Origin: Octopus sinensis
Lineage: Eukaryota
Length of the DNA stretch: 64,000 nucleotides
NCBI RefSeq assembly: GCF_006345805.1
Contig: NC_042999.1
Span: forward strand, 31,248,001 to 31,312,000
Direction: 5' to 3'
Under the pieces are notes generated by a model. The model had not been told where the DNA came from, searched no databases, and was given only the letters and a program-made list of their open reading frames with translations. A program made the translations under genes and the position numbers. Below are positions 1 to 12,050 of this stretch, one piece after another (positions within the stretch are counted from its first letter, which is position 1; each line of letters starts with the position of its first letter).

Positions 1-879
1 CATGTTAAAGATAACTGTTAAATCCTCATCAACCTGATTCGTGTCTTTCTTTGAAAATGAGAAGGGCACATTACATAACCAAGTATTTATATGTAGCTAA
101 CATGGCTGGTTGATTACAGATAGGAATATTTTGATTATCTTTGTTTATTAAGGTATGACCTAAAATGAAAGAACAATCACCGACTAAGTTTCTCATGATT
201 TTCATTTTCTGCCTTATTCTTCATTCGCGATGATCTACTAGAATTGTTAGAGCGTCGGATAAAATGTCAGGTGATATTTCTTCCCACGTTTTGCCATCTA
301 GATTGAGATTCCGCTTTTCGTCCTTTCAGACTCGACATAATAATGCACTAGTGAATGATTAAATCCAATGTAATCGACTAACAATCTCCAAGTAGACGTG
401 CTGACTTTGCATCAAAGTATGGCACTATCATTCCTCATCGGATTTCAGTCTTACGAAAAAGGACACATGAAATTATTCTTTCTACTATAGGAACAGTGTC
501 AGCTTTTATTCGATCGATCCCTAGAGAACCAAATGTAAGGTTGACATCAATTCATTTGGTCGCCTTGAATCATTTAGTCCTTTCCATAATATACTTGTAT
601 AGAATGTTCTCGACCAAAATACATTTAACCATACAACAATTTGGTTCCTGCTGAAGGCGTAGGCAATAAAAATGACGATGAGGTCAAACAGGACAAAATG
701 AATTAATGAAGATTTTTCAAGGTAGTTACACGGTCTGCTAAATGTAATCAAAGCTACTTTGTAAAAAGAGTGAGTGCATAGAATAAGCTTATTTTTTTCT
801 GAATTCACAATGGGATTGTCACATACGGAAAGCTTTTAAACATATGTGAATTGACTCAGGTTTTCTGCCCGACATTTTA

Positions 880-2212
880 AGTAAACAATACAGTAGTAAG
901 AGCTAGAGCGACAGTAGCAATAAGTACGACATTAGCTACACTATCCACACAACAACGATAATAAATGATAGTAACTGCGATAAGACGACAAAGAACAAAG
1001 TAGTAATAGTAAGAACAACATTCAAACAAGATCAGCAACACGGTATCATCACGATGCCACAGAAGCAACGATGCAAACAAAACAACAAAGTGACAACACG
1101 AATACAATAGAAAAAACAGCAACAATAACAGTAACAAAAAGCTTAATAGCAACTTCGACAATCGCAAAAACAGCAATAAGAGAGACCGTATCTAGAGCAA
1201 TAACAAAATTCACCAACAACACGGGAATACCACCACCACCACAAAAACAACAACAACAAGAAGCACCATTACATGAGTAATGACAAACGTAACAGCAATA
1301 ATAACAACAATAACTGCTGAAACGACAATAAAAATCTCTATTGGCTTAAATGGATAAATCTTGTACTTCTTATTAGTGGAATAAGTAACTCTATCAGCAG
1401 CGACAATAATGTTAACATCTCCATTACTGTTCATATAATGTCGTCCATCTTTAGCGAAGCAAGTTTTACAATTAACGCTACCTCCACAACCAGCTTCGCT
1501 ACTACTTTTCTATCAGCCCCATTAGAACTGCTATTAAAATTAATACCAGGAATACCATCGCTTACACTACAGTCACCAAAACAAAAAAAAAAACAAAAAA
1601 AAAAACAGTGAAACAATCATGAGCAAAAATCACCGCGGCTATCAACTTAAGTATTGCTCGAAGCTACGATTAAGACACCACTGCCGCCCCACCACCTCAC
1701 CGTTACCGACGTCACCACCACCACAACCACCACCAGCCCTTCAAGAATTTGGACCCGGAGACCTCTTTTTACAGCGACTTCGAGGGCCACCTCCCAGTGG
1801 TGTCGGGCGTCAACGAAGGGCCCTCGACTAAAACTAGACGACCAAAGTTTTTTTTCCAAGGTCTGGGGTCGCCCGCTCCTAAGCCCTAGACCATCACCTA
1901 ATCACCCTTACCCGTCTTGTTGCTTAACAACAACAAGAACCACCATCACTTAAGCCAGTAATATAACTTTTATTACCGCTACAACTATTATCGTCACCAC
2001 TACTCGCAGAAAAACCACCACCACAACTAGCGTAGCCGCTACTAACATCCAGTCAATTACCAAAGCCATATCGCCACCGTTAACATTACAAAAGTCATGA
2101 TCATAAACACTAACAGCATCACACCCAGCCTAACTCACGCCAAGCCAACACTCCCACGGCGAGGACGATGACCAGGAACACCACCACCACTACCCTTAAC
2201 ATTTCCACAACC
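880..2212. repeat. Cryptic, degenerate trinucleotide repeat region (AAC/ACC/AGC-like, period 3); resumes at about 3145-3200 after the hAT insertion
   Basis: Strong period-3 A/C-rich pattern (acaacaaca, accaccacc, agcaacagca); all frames are interrupted by stops and encode only low-complexity T/Q/N runs. Confidence 0.75.
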
Positions 2213-2220
2213 ACTTATAC

Positions 2221-2608
2221 CTGTAGTTCCCAATCTGGGGTCCGCAAATATAGTACTGGGGTTCCGTGAACTAGATTTAAAATTTCATATTTATATATAT
2301 ATATATATGTAGTGGTTTTACTTTTATCGTATATTAAACTTTTTAATACTTCTTGATAGTTATATATATATATTTTTTTAATTAATAATTTTAATTTTGA
2401 ATTTAAATAATTTAAATTTTTAAATTATATAATTTATATATTTTATATGATTTTGATTTTGATTTTTCCAGTTTCAGCTAATGAGCTGTGGCCATGCTGG
2501 GGCACCGCCATTACATTAATATATTATATTAATCATTTTTAATTTTTAATTTTGGTTTATGTTTTTCATTGTTTGATTTGCCTAATAGTGGTTTTATCTC
2601 TAATTTAA

Positions 2609-2682
<74 letters not shown>

Positions 2683-3022
2683 GTGTGTGTATTTGTGTGT
2701 GTATGTGTGTGGAGGCACAATGACCCAGTGGTTAGGGTAGCGGACTCGCAGTTGTAGGATCGCGGTTTCGATTTGCAGACCGGGCGTTGTGGTTGCGTAT
2801 TGAACTAAAACACCTAAAGCTCGACGAGGCTCAGGCAGAGGATGGTGGTGATACCTGCTGTACACTTTCACCACAACTTTCTCTCTTGCTTCTTTTGTCC
2901 TGCTCGCTAAGCCAGCGGGGAGGGGGGCGTCATTTGAAGGCTAAAACAATGCGAAGCGCATTGTGACCAGTGAGGTGTAGTAACATCTGATAGCCTCGTC
3001 GGGCATGGTGGTCAAGGTGATA

Positions 3023-3072
<50 letters not shown>

Positions 3073-3136
3073 ATATATAAAAGGATAAGCATATCAACAG
3101 GGGTCCATGGTTGAGAACCACTGTTGGGAACCACTG
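2221..3136. mobile_element. Non-autonomous hAT-type (Charlie/Buster-like) DNA transposon carrying a nested SINE and microsatellites
   Basis: Left TIR ctgtagttcccaa (2221-2233) and right TIR ttgggaaccactg (3124-3136), 11/13 complementary; subterminal ggggtcc at both ends; 8-bp flanks acttatac (2213-2220) and gtttatac (3137-3144) match 6/8; the flanking triplet repeat continues on both sides. Confidence 0.7.
2709..3021 (+). mobile_element. tRNA-derived SINE, type B head with alternative 3' tail (tail 2)
   Basis: Head ggaggcacaatgacccagtggttagggtagcggactcg...ggtttcgatt (A/B-box-like) matches 45652 and 52780; the 3' part (gcgcattgtgaccag...gatagcct...ggtgat) matches the fragment at 8956-9028. 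Confidence 0.85.
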
Positions 3137-3834
3137 GTTTATACCATCACGGCCATGGTCACCACCACCATCACCGTCATTACAGCTATAGTAATCAATA
3201 CTGGATATACTAAAGTAATTCGGAAATAAATTTTTTAAATATTTTTTGTAACGTAAAATATCTCTCGGTCCCGTCACTTTCAATGAAATAATGAATATCG
3301 TTGTTGGAATTAGAGCATTAGTTGATAGCACAAACATCAGCGATATTTTTAACCACTTCAAAAACCGAACGTTGGACGGAATCACTTTATAGGAAGAAGG
3401 TTTTAAGGTAAAGAACGAAAGAGTTATCCGGCCCCCACCCCACCCGCAACACACACACACACAAATACGCAATAAATAAATAAAACGGAAAAAATAAATA
3501 TATTAAAGTTTGAAAGTGGAAGTTAAAAAAAAAATAAAATGTATTTTCAGGAATGATAAATTTTAGTTTTCGACTTTTAAAAAGAAAATAATGTTCCGTT
3601 TCCAGAAAAAGGTAAAAAAAAAAAAAAGATGAAGGAAAGTAAAGAAAAGAAAAAAAAATAGCGAAAACAAATGTGACATGAAATGTTAGAAAAAAAAATC
3701 AATGGCAAAGTTTTATTCAATTTCCTGTGGATTCCTCTTGAAGGAAATGGCCCGAAAAACAAAATAATAGACAGCATGGATGAAAGAAAGAAAATCAGAA
3801 ATAACTCGCAAAAACGTAGCTATAGCCACATTGC

Positions 3835-4022
3835 GATGCTACTGCTACAGCTGTTGCTGGTGCTGCTACTGTTGTTACTACTACTACCCATACTACTACT
3901 ACTACTACTACTGCTACTACTACAGCTAGTACTACTGCCGCTGCTGCTACCACCACCAGCACCACTACTACTACTACTACTTAATAATAATAATAATAAT
4001 AATAATAGCAATAGTAGTAGTG

Positions 4023-4079
<57 letters not shown>

Positions 4080-4081
4080 TC

Positions 4082-4133
<52 letters not shown>
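3835..4133. repeat. Compound microsatellite (CTA/CTG)n followed by (AAT)n, abutting a SINE 3' end
   Basis: Directly visible triplet tracts. Confidence 0.95.
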
Positions 4134-4135
<2 letters not shown>

Positions 4136-4343
4136 TCCTTACTGCCCCCAAAAGGGCTAAACATAGAGTGGACAAAGACAGACAAAGTCGATTACATCGA
4201 CCCCAGTGCGAAAATAGTACTTAATTTATCAATCCCGAAAGGATGAAAGGCAAAATGGACCTCGGCGAAATTTGAACTCAGAACGTAACGAGACGAAATA
4301 CCGCTAAGCATTTCGCCCGGCGCACTAACGTTTCTGCCAGCTC
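4134..4343 (-). mobile_element. tRNA-derived SINE type A (Nin/Deu-like central domain)
   Basis: Reverse complement reads gagctggcagaaacgttagtgcgccgggcgaaatgcttagcggtatttcgtc...gagttcaaatttcgccgaggtcc..tttgcctttcatcctttcgggattgataaattaagtac; homologous to 35031-35230, including the 3' tail. Confidence 0.88.
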
Positions 4344-4548
4344 AATAATCCCTTCTACTACAGACACAAGGCCAGCAATTTTGGTGAGGGGTATTTCGAC
4401 CCCAGTACTCAACTGGTACTTAATTTATCGACTCCGAAAAGATGAAAGGTAAAGTGCCCTCGGCGGAATTTGAACTCAACGTAGCGACAAGCGAAATAAC
4501 GGTAAGCATTTGATCCAGCGCGCTAACGATTCTGCCAGCTCGCCGTCT
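4344..4548 (-). mobile_element. tRNA-derived SINE type A, tandem with the previous copy
   Basis: Same head and central domain (tttacctttcatcttttcggagtcgataaattaagtaccag on the minus strand) with a different 3' tail (..ggccttgtg..). Confidence 0.88.
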
Positions 4549-4659
4549 TAAAATTTGTAGTAAGTCCCCTTAATGCAGCCTCATGGTTATGTTGAACCTT
4601 GCCCAGTTTGTTCAGTATTGCTGTCTACAAGTATCTTTACCTATAAGTCTAATAAGTCA

Positions 4660-4710
4660 CCAATAATAATAATAATAATGATGACGATGATGGTAATGAT
4701 GATAATGATG

Positions 4711-4772
<62 letters not shown>
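4660..4772. repeat. (AAT/GAT)n microsatellite
   Basis: Directly visible. Confidence 0.95.
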
Positions 4773-5202
4773 CAGACAAATAGATAACAGAAACACCAGG
4801 ACTAACAAGTATATATAACACACAGAAAACAGCACTACGAGACACCGCACACATCCTATGTAAAACACTTCCAAAACAGTAACAATAAAACTATCACAAC
4901 AAAGCACAGCACGCACCCAAGTCACACAGCCGCACACCCTAGTGCAGTGAAAGCACGTGATAAAAGTAAGACTACTGAAAGATAATAATAATAATAGCAA
5001 CAGAAGTAACAAGTAGAAGTAGTTGTGGTTGTAGTCGTACTTTTTGGTAGTAACAGCCACGGCATAAAAAAGAATATACAATAGCTCTAAAAAAAATAAG
5101 AGACAATACCTCGAAAATTATAGCGTGTGTATATGTGTGCACATATGTATGAGTGTATATATATGTTTGAATATATAGACATACATCAACGTTCCTGGTT
5201 AA

Positions 5203-5241
5203 ACACAGAATCATGACACAGAATCATGACACAGAATCATG
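5203..5241. repeat. 13-bp tandem repeat (acacagaatcatg) x3
   Basis: Three perfect adjacent copies. Confidence 0.95.
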
Positions 5242-5417
5242 TACAGTGTTAGAGACCAGTTCTCCATTAGATTTTTATGGCTTACCCAATATTGGACCAA
5301 TGATGTTTAACCCTAGCTGGTACGTGCTTGAGCAGACCTAGAATGGAAAGATTTCCATCCATCGGGAACCTGTTCTTTCAGGAATTATTTTATGATATAC
5401 TGTATTTTTATTAAATA

Positions 5418-5808
5418 CTAGCAGTATCGCCTGACGTTGCTCGGGTTTGTTTCGACCCTTTAGAATTGGAATTTCTGAAAAGTAAACATTTTGCATTATA
5501 TACTTTGTTATTCTCTTTTAGTGAACATTTCTCTGGTTGAAATACACCGAAAAATTGCGACACAGCAGTAAAAAAATCGTAAAAAAATAGGGATTTTCAT
5601 ATAAAAAAAGCACCTTTTTGATGTAAATAATTGTTGGTGTTAACATGGTCCGATTTGAATTTTTTTGTTCTACGAAAGGAAGAGCAAGCCTTCTATCATA
5701 CTCTCAATTTTGGTCACCTTGCGCCGCAGGGTCTCGGAGGAGATAGTGTTAATTGAAGGCTACCAAGCCTGCTATACACAGACAACTTCAGCTTTGTATA
5801 TAGAAAGA
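5418..5808 (-). mobile_element. Non-autonomous Helitron (391 bp)
   Basis: Minus strand starts A|TCTTTCTATATACAAAG and ends cccgagcaacgtcaggcgatactgCTAG|T: 5' TC, 3' CTAG, subterminal hairpin, A|T target; termini shared with 10444-10838. Confidence 0.82.
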
Positions 5809-6669
5809 TTTGGGTGATTTAGCTGTTATTTCTAACAGGTCGTGCGACCACATGTATTCTGTGTCAGATATATAGTAATGTACAATGGCTTATCTAGGCC
5901 ACAGGCAGTGTTCCTATTTTTTCCAAAACACGAAGAGTTCGTCTAATAGGGGAAAGGTAATAGCACTAAAGTCATTCCATATAAATTGTTCAAAAACACC
6001 AAAGAAGGGGGTGAGCATGGATGGATCAATATATTTTGAGACCATGGACCTGGTTGAGAAAATGTTTACTTTTCAATAAGTATTTGTAATCTCTAGTAGT
6101 ACAGAGAACTGTAATACATACTTCTTCATTAAAAGGGGACTGGGACATTATCCTATAAACCAAGACGAATATTTATTGAGAATAAACGTGTTTGTAGGGG
6201 AGTCTAATAATTATTCTGGACAAAAGAATTTCTATACCTCTTAAAATTGTTTACTAACTTATAAATCCTTATCAATCAGACCACAGAGTTATGTCATCAC
6301 TATCTCTCATCTTGTTTTCAGAAAGTCAGTGTATGTACCTAAGATAGCATTATTGAACGCTTCATTTGCTTTATGCGAGGTTATGGCACGGCTTCCAGTG
6401 ATAATTTGCTCATATTTCTGTACAAAGTAGAATATATAAGATGTCTTCTTGGATTGTTCAATATATGCGGACAGTAAATGTGAGGTTATGTATAAATGCA
6501 GATCTGCATCACTCTCGATATGATTAAACAACAACTCCGTTTAGGTCGGTTCTGTCATGTGATCATGCATTTAACTATGTGTGTATTAGATGACAATATG
6601 CATTGTATTAGGCTATGTATCATATCAAAGTGATTTTATTTATTGAGAATTACAAGCGTATATATGAAC

Positions 6670-6670
<1 letters not shown>

Positions 6671-6750
<80 letters not shown>

Positions 6751-6752
6751 AT
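6671..6752. repeat. (TA)n(TG)n microsatellite
   Basis: Directly visible. Confidence 0.95.
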
Positions 6753-7008
6753 AGAATAAGTAAACACAGGGATTGGTATCATCCTACGTATAGGTATTTA
6801 TGAGTTTCAGGTTGTGCCTATGAATTTGTGTGTTTTGATAATGTCGTGTGTCTGAGTATGCAAATTTTATGTAAGGGAAGGTGTATAATATTTATAATTT
6901 GTGGGTATGTGTACTTTCACTCACACACAAACACGTATACATATATTTTCATACATGCATCTAAACATAAGTACAAGCACATGTTTATATAAGCCTATCC
7001 TCCCCGTG

Positions 7009-7042
<34 letters not shown>

Positions 7043-8955
7043 CGCGTGTAAATAAACGCATATGTTAGCGTATATATGTATATGATTGGTGTGTGTGTGT
7101 GTGTGTGCGTGTGAGAGTGTGAGAGAGGGAATGCTTGCTGTTCGTAGCTAATGGATTCTGTTCAGCTTATGTCTGTTTAGCGTAGTTTAATGTCCGCTCG
7201 CTGCTCTTCATGATGAGCTCCGCAAACATTTATAGTTTCCAAGCTTATCAAAATTTATTGCATTGTGCTCGTAAAGGATTAACCAGCCATTTCCCTTTGT
7301 CTAAACCAGAAAACAAGCCAAATTTAATATAAACCAGTTCATGTATTACCATAAATCGGGTAGAATTTAATGTCAGAATTTTTATCCATTTACCAACATG
7401 CACGAAATATTCGGAGGTGATTTCGACTGTAAAATAATGTGGTTAATGTATACAGTCACTTGTAAAATTGAAACTGTATTCTAATCCAAGCGAAAGTTAA
7501 TGAACTAATTTTAGTTCATTTGTTATTTTTTTTCATTGATTGCTCACAAGAATAAAATTATTGCTTAGACACTGTAAGACGCTCTCAGGCGATAATTGAG
7601 AAGTAGTGCTGCAATTAATATTTAGACGAGAAACTTAAAGATTATTGGCATTGACATTTTCAGAAGGATTGTGACTGAATATAATGGTTCTCCGTGATAT
7701 ATGAAACAGAATAACAGACATTGAGCTTGAAAATCTAAAAAGTTAGGTTCGAGTTGAATTACGTCATTAATTTAGTTTCATATTTCCATAGGAATTTCAG
7801 AAATGAGTAGCTTGGATTTGACTTCATTTGAGAAGTGAGCTGTGGGGGAAGAAAACTTTAATTGATTCAAACAATACTGTTTCATGGTGACTGATATCAC
7901 TTTTCACATTCATATAAATAACGCACTTCTAATTTATATTCAAATTCAGTTGTTATATTGCCCCAGGTCATGTCTGATTAAGTTAGCCAGTATCGAAGTC
8001 ATATGAGACGTGTGTAGGATACATTTTTGTTTTTAAGATGACTGGTTAATTTTAAGATGACTGGAGATGAATTTTTATCATTCTGTACAGGTCGAGCAAT
8101 CATATGGAAACACCATCATTCACCCCCATTAATCTACATTCTTGTTTAATTGTTAAGGGTACAGCAGAGCAGTTTGAAATCGCTAACGGAGTCCAAGTTA
8201 AAATTCGGTTCGCTAACTTAGAAGCTGTAAGAACGAAATAGTCACTCGTCACTCATCTGACCGAACACTTCTAAGAAAGTGTCGGTTGCTGCAATTGTGT
8301 TCACTGCCATTAACTTTGTGGAAATTATAGACGTTACAGTAGGCCAAATCCTTCTTCCTTTAATATATATTACCTCTGACAATCCCTAATACATGAAAGG
8401 TTAAGAGAATGATTTGTGAAAATTACCAGTTATTGCGAAAATTATGGCAGTAAAATCTAGAGATGCCTGCAACGAATATTGATTTTTCTCCACTGATATC
8501 TAATATAGAAGAACCTTGTAAAAGCATATTAAAAATAACATAACAATAGCGTGAATAACATTTAGTAAAAGTGAAAGAGTGTGGAGTGTTATATGGCGCA
8601 GGCAAGGTGGTGTGTTTAAGAGGGTTACTCTGCCATAATGTGTTTCTGCACGGCTTCTTAAGCACGTGTGTTGTAGCATAGATTACTTTAGACCAAAGTG
8701 CTATGAATGAAATTTGGTTAAGGATCATCTGTATGAAACGCTCTCAAAGAGACTGTGCCTGTCTAAGTTGCCTTTCGTTGCTTACACTCTACAGGAGGTA
8801 TACAGACCGGTTCTCTCGCCTGAGTAATTTTCTCTCTTCTTCTCTCGTAACTCTCTTAGGCCATGAAAAATGGCATGAATTTTGTTATACATGCTCTGGC
8901 TAAGCCTATATATATATATACATACACACACACACACACACACACGTATATATAT

Positions 8956-9028
8956 ATGCAAAGCGCATTGTGACCAGCGATGTGTAGCAACATTTGATAG
9001 CCTGATCGGTGACGGTGATCACGGTGAT
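8956..9028 (+). mobile_element. 5'-truncated SINE, tail-2 fragment
   Basis: atgcaaagcgcattgtgaccagcgatgtgtagcaacatttgatagcctgatcggt..ggtgat matches 2948-3021. Confidence 0.75.
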
Positions 9029-9589
9029 ATATATATATATATATACACATATAAATGGATATGTTACGAAGTCGTAAATAAACCAACACCAGTTGCTAAA
9101 TAAAAAATAGTGATAGGTGGCAAACACAGACACACACATTATATATATTTTTTTATACATGCATATATGATGTCTTCTATGAAATTTCATCCATCAAATT
9201 TACTCGCAAGGCATTAATCGGTCCGAGGCTCTAGTAAAATTACACATCCAAGTTAATCACGCATTAAGACTAAACACGAAAATACGTAGCTGCAATGTAT
9301 GCTTATCAACCACATACTGATGCCGTTAAAAAGTGTTGAGAACATGAGGTAGAATTTAATATTTTCCGAGATATTGCCTTATATATATATATATATATAC
9401 AATTCTATCTCCTCTTCTCCTTTATTTTTCGCTTCAGATATCAACTTCTGTCAATGGTTGGTGTTATTGCACTAGTAATCGATCTTGTATCAATTTGTTT
9501 TAAGAGACAGAAATAGCAACATAGTTTTCATACGTTGTGGTGATAATCTGGTACTCCATTCATCTACCTGAAAAACCAGCTCCGCGTTT

Positions 9590-9795
9590 CTTTTATTCTT
9601 TTACTTGTTTCGGTCATTGGACTGCGGCCATGCTGGAGCACTGCCTTTAGTCGAACAAATCGACCCCGGGACTTATTCGTTGTAAGCCTAGTACTTATTT
9701 TATCGGTCTCTTTAGCCCAACCGCTAAGTTACGGTTGTCAATCAATGTAGTGGGGTAGCAAACACAGACACACAAGGATATATACATACACAAGG

Positions 9796-9834
<39 letters not shown>

Positions 9835-9987
9835 CATATCCGACGGTCTTCTTTCAGTTTCCGTCTACCAAATCCACTCACAAGGCTATAGTAGAAGACA
9901 CTTGCCCAAGGTGCCACGCAGTGGGACTGAACCCATGACCATGTGGTTAGTAAGCAAGCTACTTACCACACAGCCACTCCTACACCT
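9590..9987 (-). mobile_element. tRNA-derived SINE type C with internal (TA)n(GT)n microsatellite
   Basis: Minus-strand head aggtgtaggagtggctgtgtggtaagtagcttgcttactaaccacatggtcatgggttcagtcccac, core accttgggcaagtgtcttctac, tail ..gctccagcatggccgcagtccaatgaccgaaacaagtaaaaga; homologous to 42215, 47386 and 63694. Confidence 0.92.
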
Positions 9988-10443
9988 AGTATTATTATCG
10001 TAAATAATCTGTACATCACTAGGAGCAGACTGATTACAAAAATCTTCTAAAACAGATTTGCTTGCTGTTCTGTTCAATGAGGGTGGAGTACGCAGAAACA
10101 ACAAGGACCCTGGAGAAGCCGAGTGTGTACAGTCTACAAGGAAATGATTTTAATTACTGTGTGCGTTATGTAGATTTATAACAGAAGAATTTTAGTGAGT
10201 GAATCAGTGAATGACGGTATCGGGTTAGTGAAATATAGAGAGAGGTTGATTCACGAGTGTATTAGATTGTAGTGAGAGTAACCATAAGTAAATACGGAAT
10301 TTTAGAGAGAGTAATAGTCAGAATATACTAAATCCTAGTAAGAGTTAACTGACAGTGGGGTGAATAGAGAAACGGTAAAAGAAAATAGGGCATTCGATTC
10401 AGCAATTTGGCAAGTTATAGAAGTCTATGACAAACACAATACA

Positions 10444-10838
10444 TCTTTATATATAAAAGTGAGGTTGTGTGCTGTCTGTCTCCTACTGTTTAGATTCCTA
10501 ACTACTCCCACATTTTGCGGTGCAGTTTAACCAAAACCGGGTATCTTATAGTCGTGATTCATATCGAGCCCTTCTGGGTATTAGCGCGCGTCTACGATGA
10601 GTCTACGATTTAAAAAAAATTACCATAAATTTTTCCCATTTTAATGCATTTTTGGCATATATAAGGGAAGTAACTCTCTAAACATTTATTATTAAATCTC
10701 AGAACGTAAAAAGCTACAGTAACACCCCCCGACTTTGTAGTTAGCCATATTGAGATGGCTATTATACTTCACATCTCTAAAAATGCTTATATAGTTATTT
10801 CCCTTACAAACCCGAGCAACGCCGGGCGATATTGCTAG
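10444..10838 (+). mobile_element. Non-autonomous Helitron (395 bp)
   Basis: A|TCTTTATATATAAAAG at 10444; 3' hairpin CCCG-agcaacgc-CGGG (10811-10826), then CTAG (10835-10838) followed by T; A|T insertion site. Confidence 0.88.
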
Positions 10839-11739
10839 TTGAATATAAAAGAAGCTATAGAAACGAACGGCATATAGAGTAGATGGATACAACAGTGATA
10901 AAGAGAAATACGGAGTGGAATGTCTAATTATAAGAAAAAGAAGCAATTGCTTTAAAATCAAGTAGAGAAAACGAGGGTTAAATGGTGGTTTGAAATAATT
11001 TCTGAAAATGTAAAGTATTGAACTGACAGAAGTATCTGAGCATAGAATGAAATGATTTGCGGTATGGTTTCATTTTCATCGTGCACATAGTTCAAATCGC
11101 GTTGAAACCACGTTTACCATATTAATTTCTCTTCGGTGTCGGTAAATATAAGAAATGTCACTCTCTATACACACACACGCACACACACACACACACATAC
11201 ACACACACATACATATAAAACGGAATCGGATATGTCGAAAGAGTCAGTAAAAAGAATTGATATTCTGGTTCTATCTATTCGTTCACCAGCAGTCTGCAGA
11301 TAAACGAACAAGAAGAAATTAAAACCAGGAAAGAATAAATTTGTTGATCTGAGACATTTGGAATGCGATGAACGTCACAAACTCTTATTCTCATTATATT
11401 CCACTATATATTATTTGCAAAAGAAACTAGCAAAATGTATCTGAACTAAAATATATTGACTATAAGTTTTGTGGATTATAGGTGTGCAGCTGTCCAATAA
11501 ATGTTCCATAGAATTAAGAAGGAATTGAGAGAGAGAGCAGGAGAGAAAAACAGCCAGAGTGTGTGCATGAGAGGCGGGTTGCGACTGTCACGAAATACGT
11601 CAAAATCTATGAACACTTTCGCTTGATGTTCATTGACACGGAAGTAGCACGCTGCGCTAGATAAAATTTATTACTACTATGCATACAAATATACAAGTAA
11701 ACAGAGGCAAACCACATTATATGAATGTATAATGCCAGC

Positions 11740-11776
11740 TATACGTGTGTGTATATATATGTATGTATATATATAT

Positions 11777-11827
<51 letters not shown>

Positions 11828-11867
11828 ATATATATATATAATATATATATATATATATGTATGTATG

Positions 11868-11899
<32 letters not shown>

Positions 11900-11968
11900 T
11901 ACATATATATATATATATATATACACACATACACACATATATATATATATATATGTATGTGTGGTGTG

Positions 11969-12000
<32 letters not shown>

Positions 12001-12018
12001 TGTATGTATGTATGTATG

Positions 12019-12050
<32 letters not shown>

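Noticed and set aside
3683-4246. 187-aa ORF with poly-Leu and poly-Asn
   Set aside because: Translation of (CTA/CTG)n(AAT)n microsatellites plus a SINE tail; no domain evidence
5203-5241. Short tandem repeat as a possible CRISPR-like array
   Set aside because: No spacers and a eukaryotic context; simple tandem repeat
6020-6065. gaccatggacctggttgagaa, resembling the hAT right end
   Set aside because: Too short and diverged; no matching left end or TSD found
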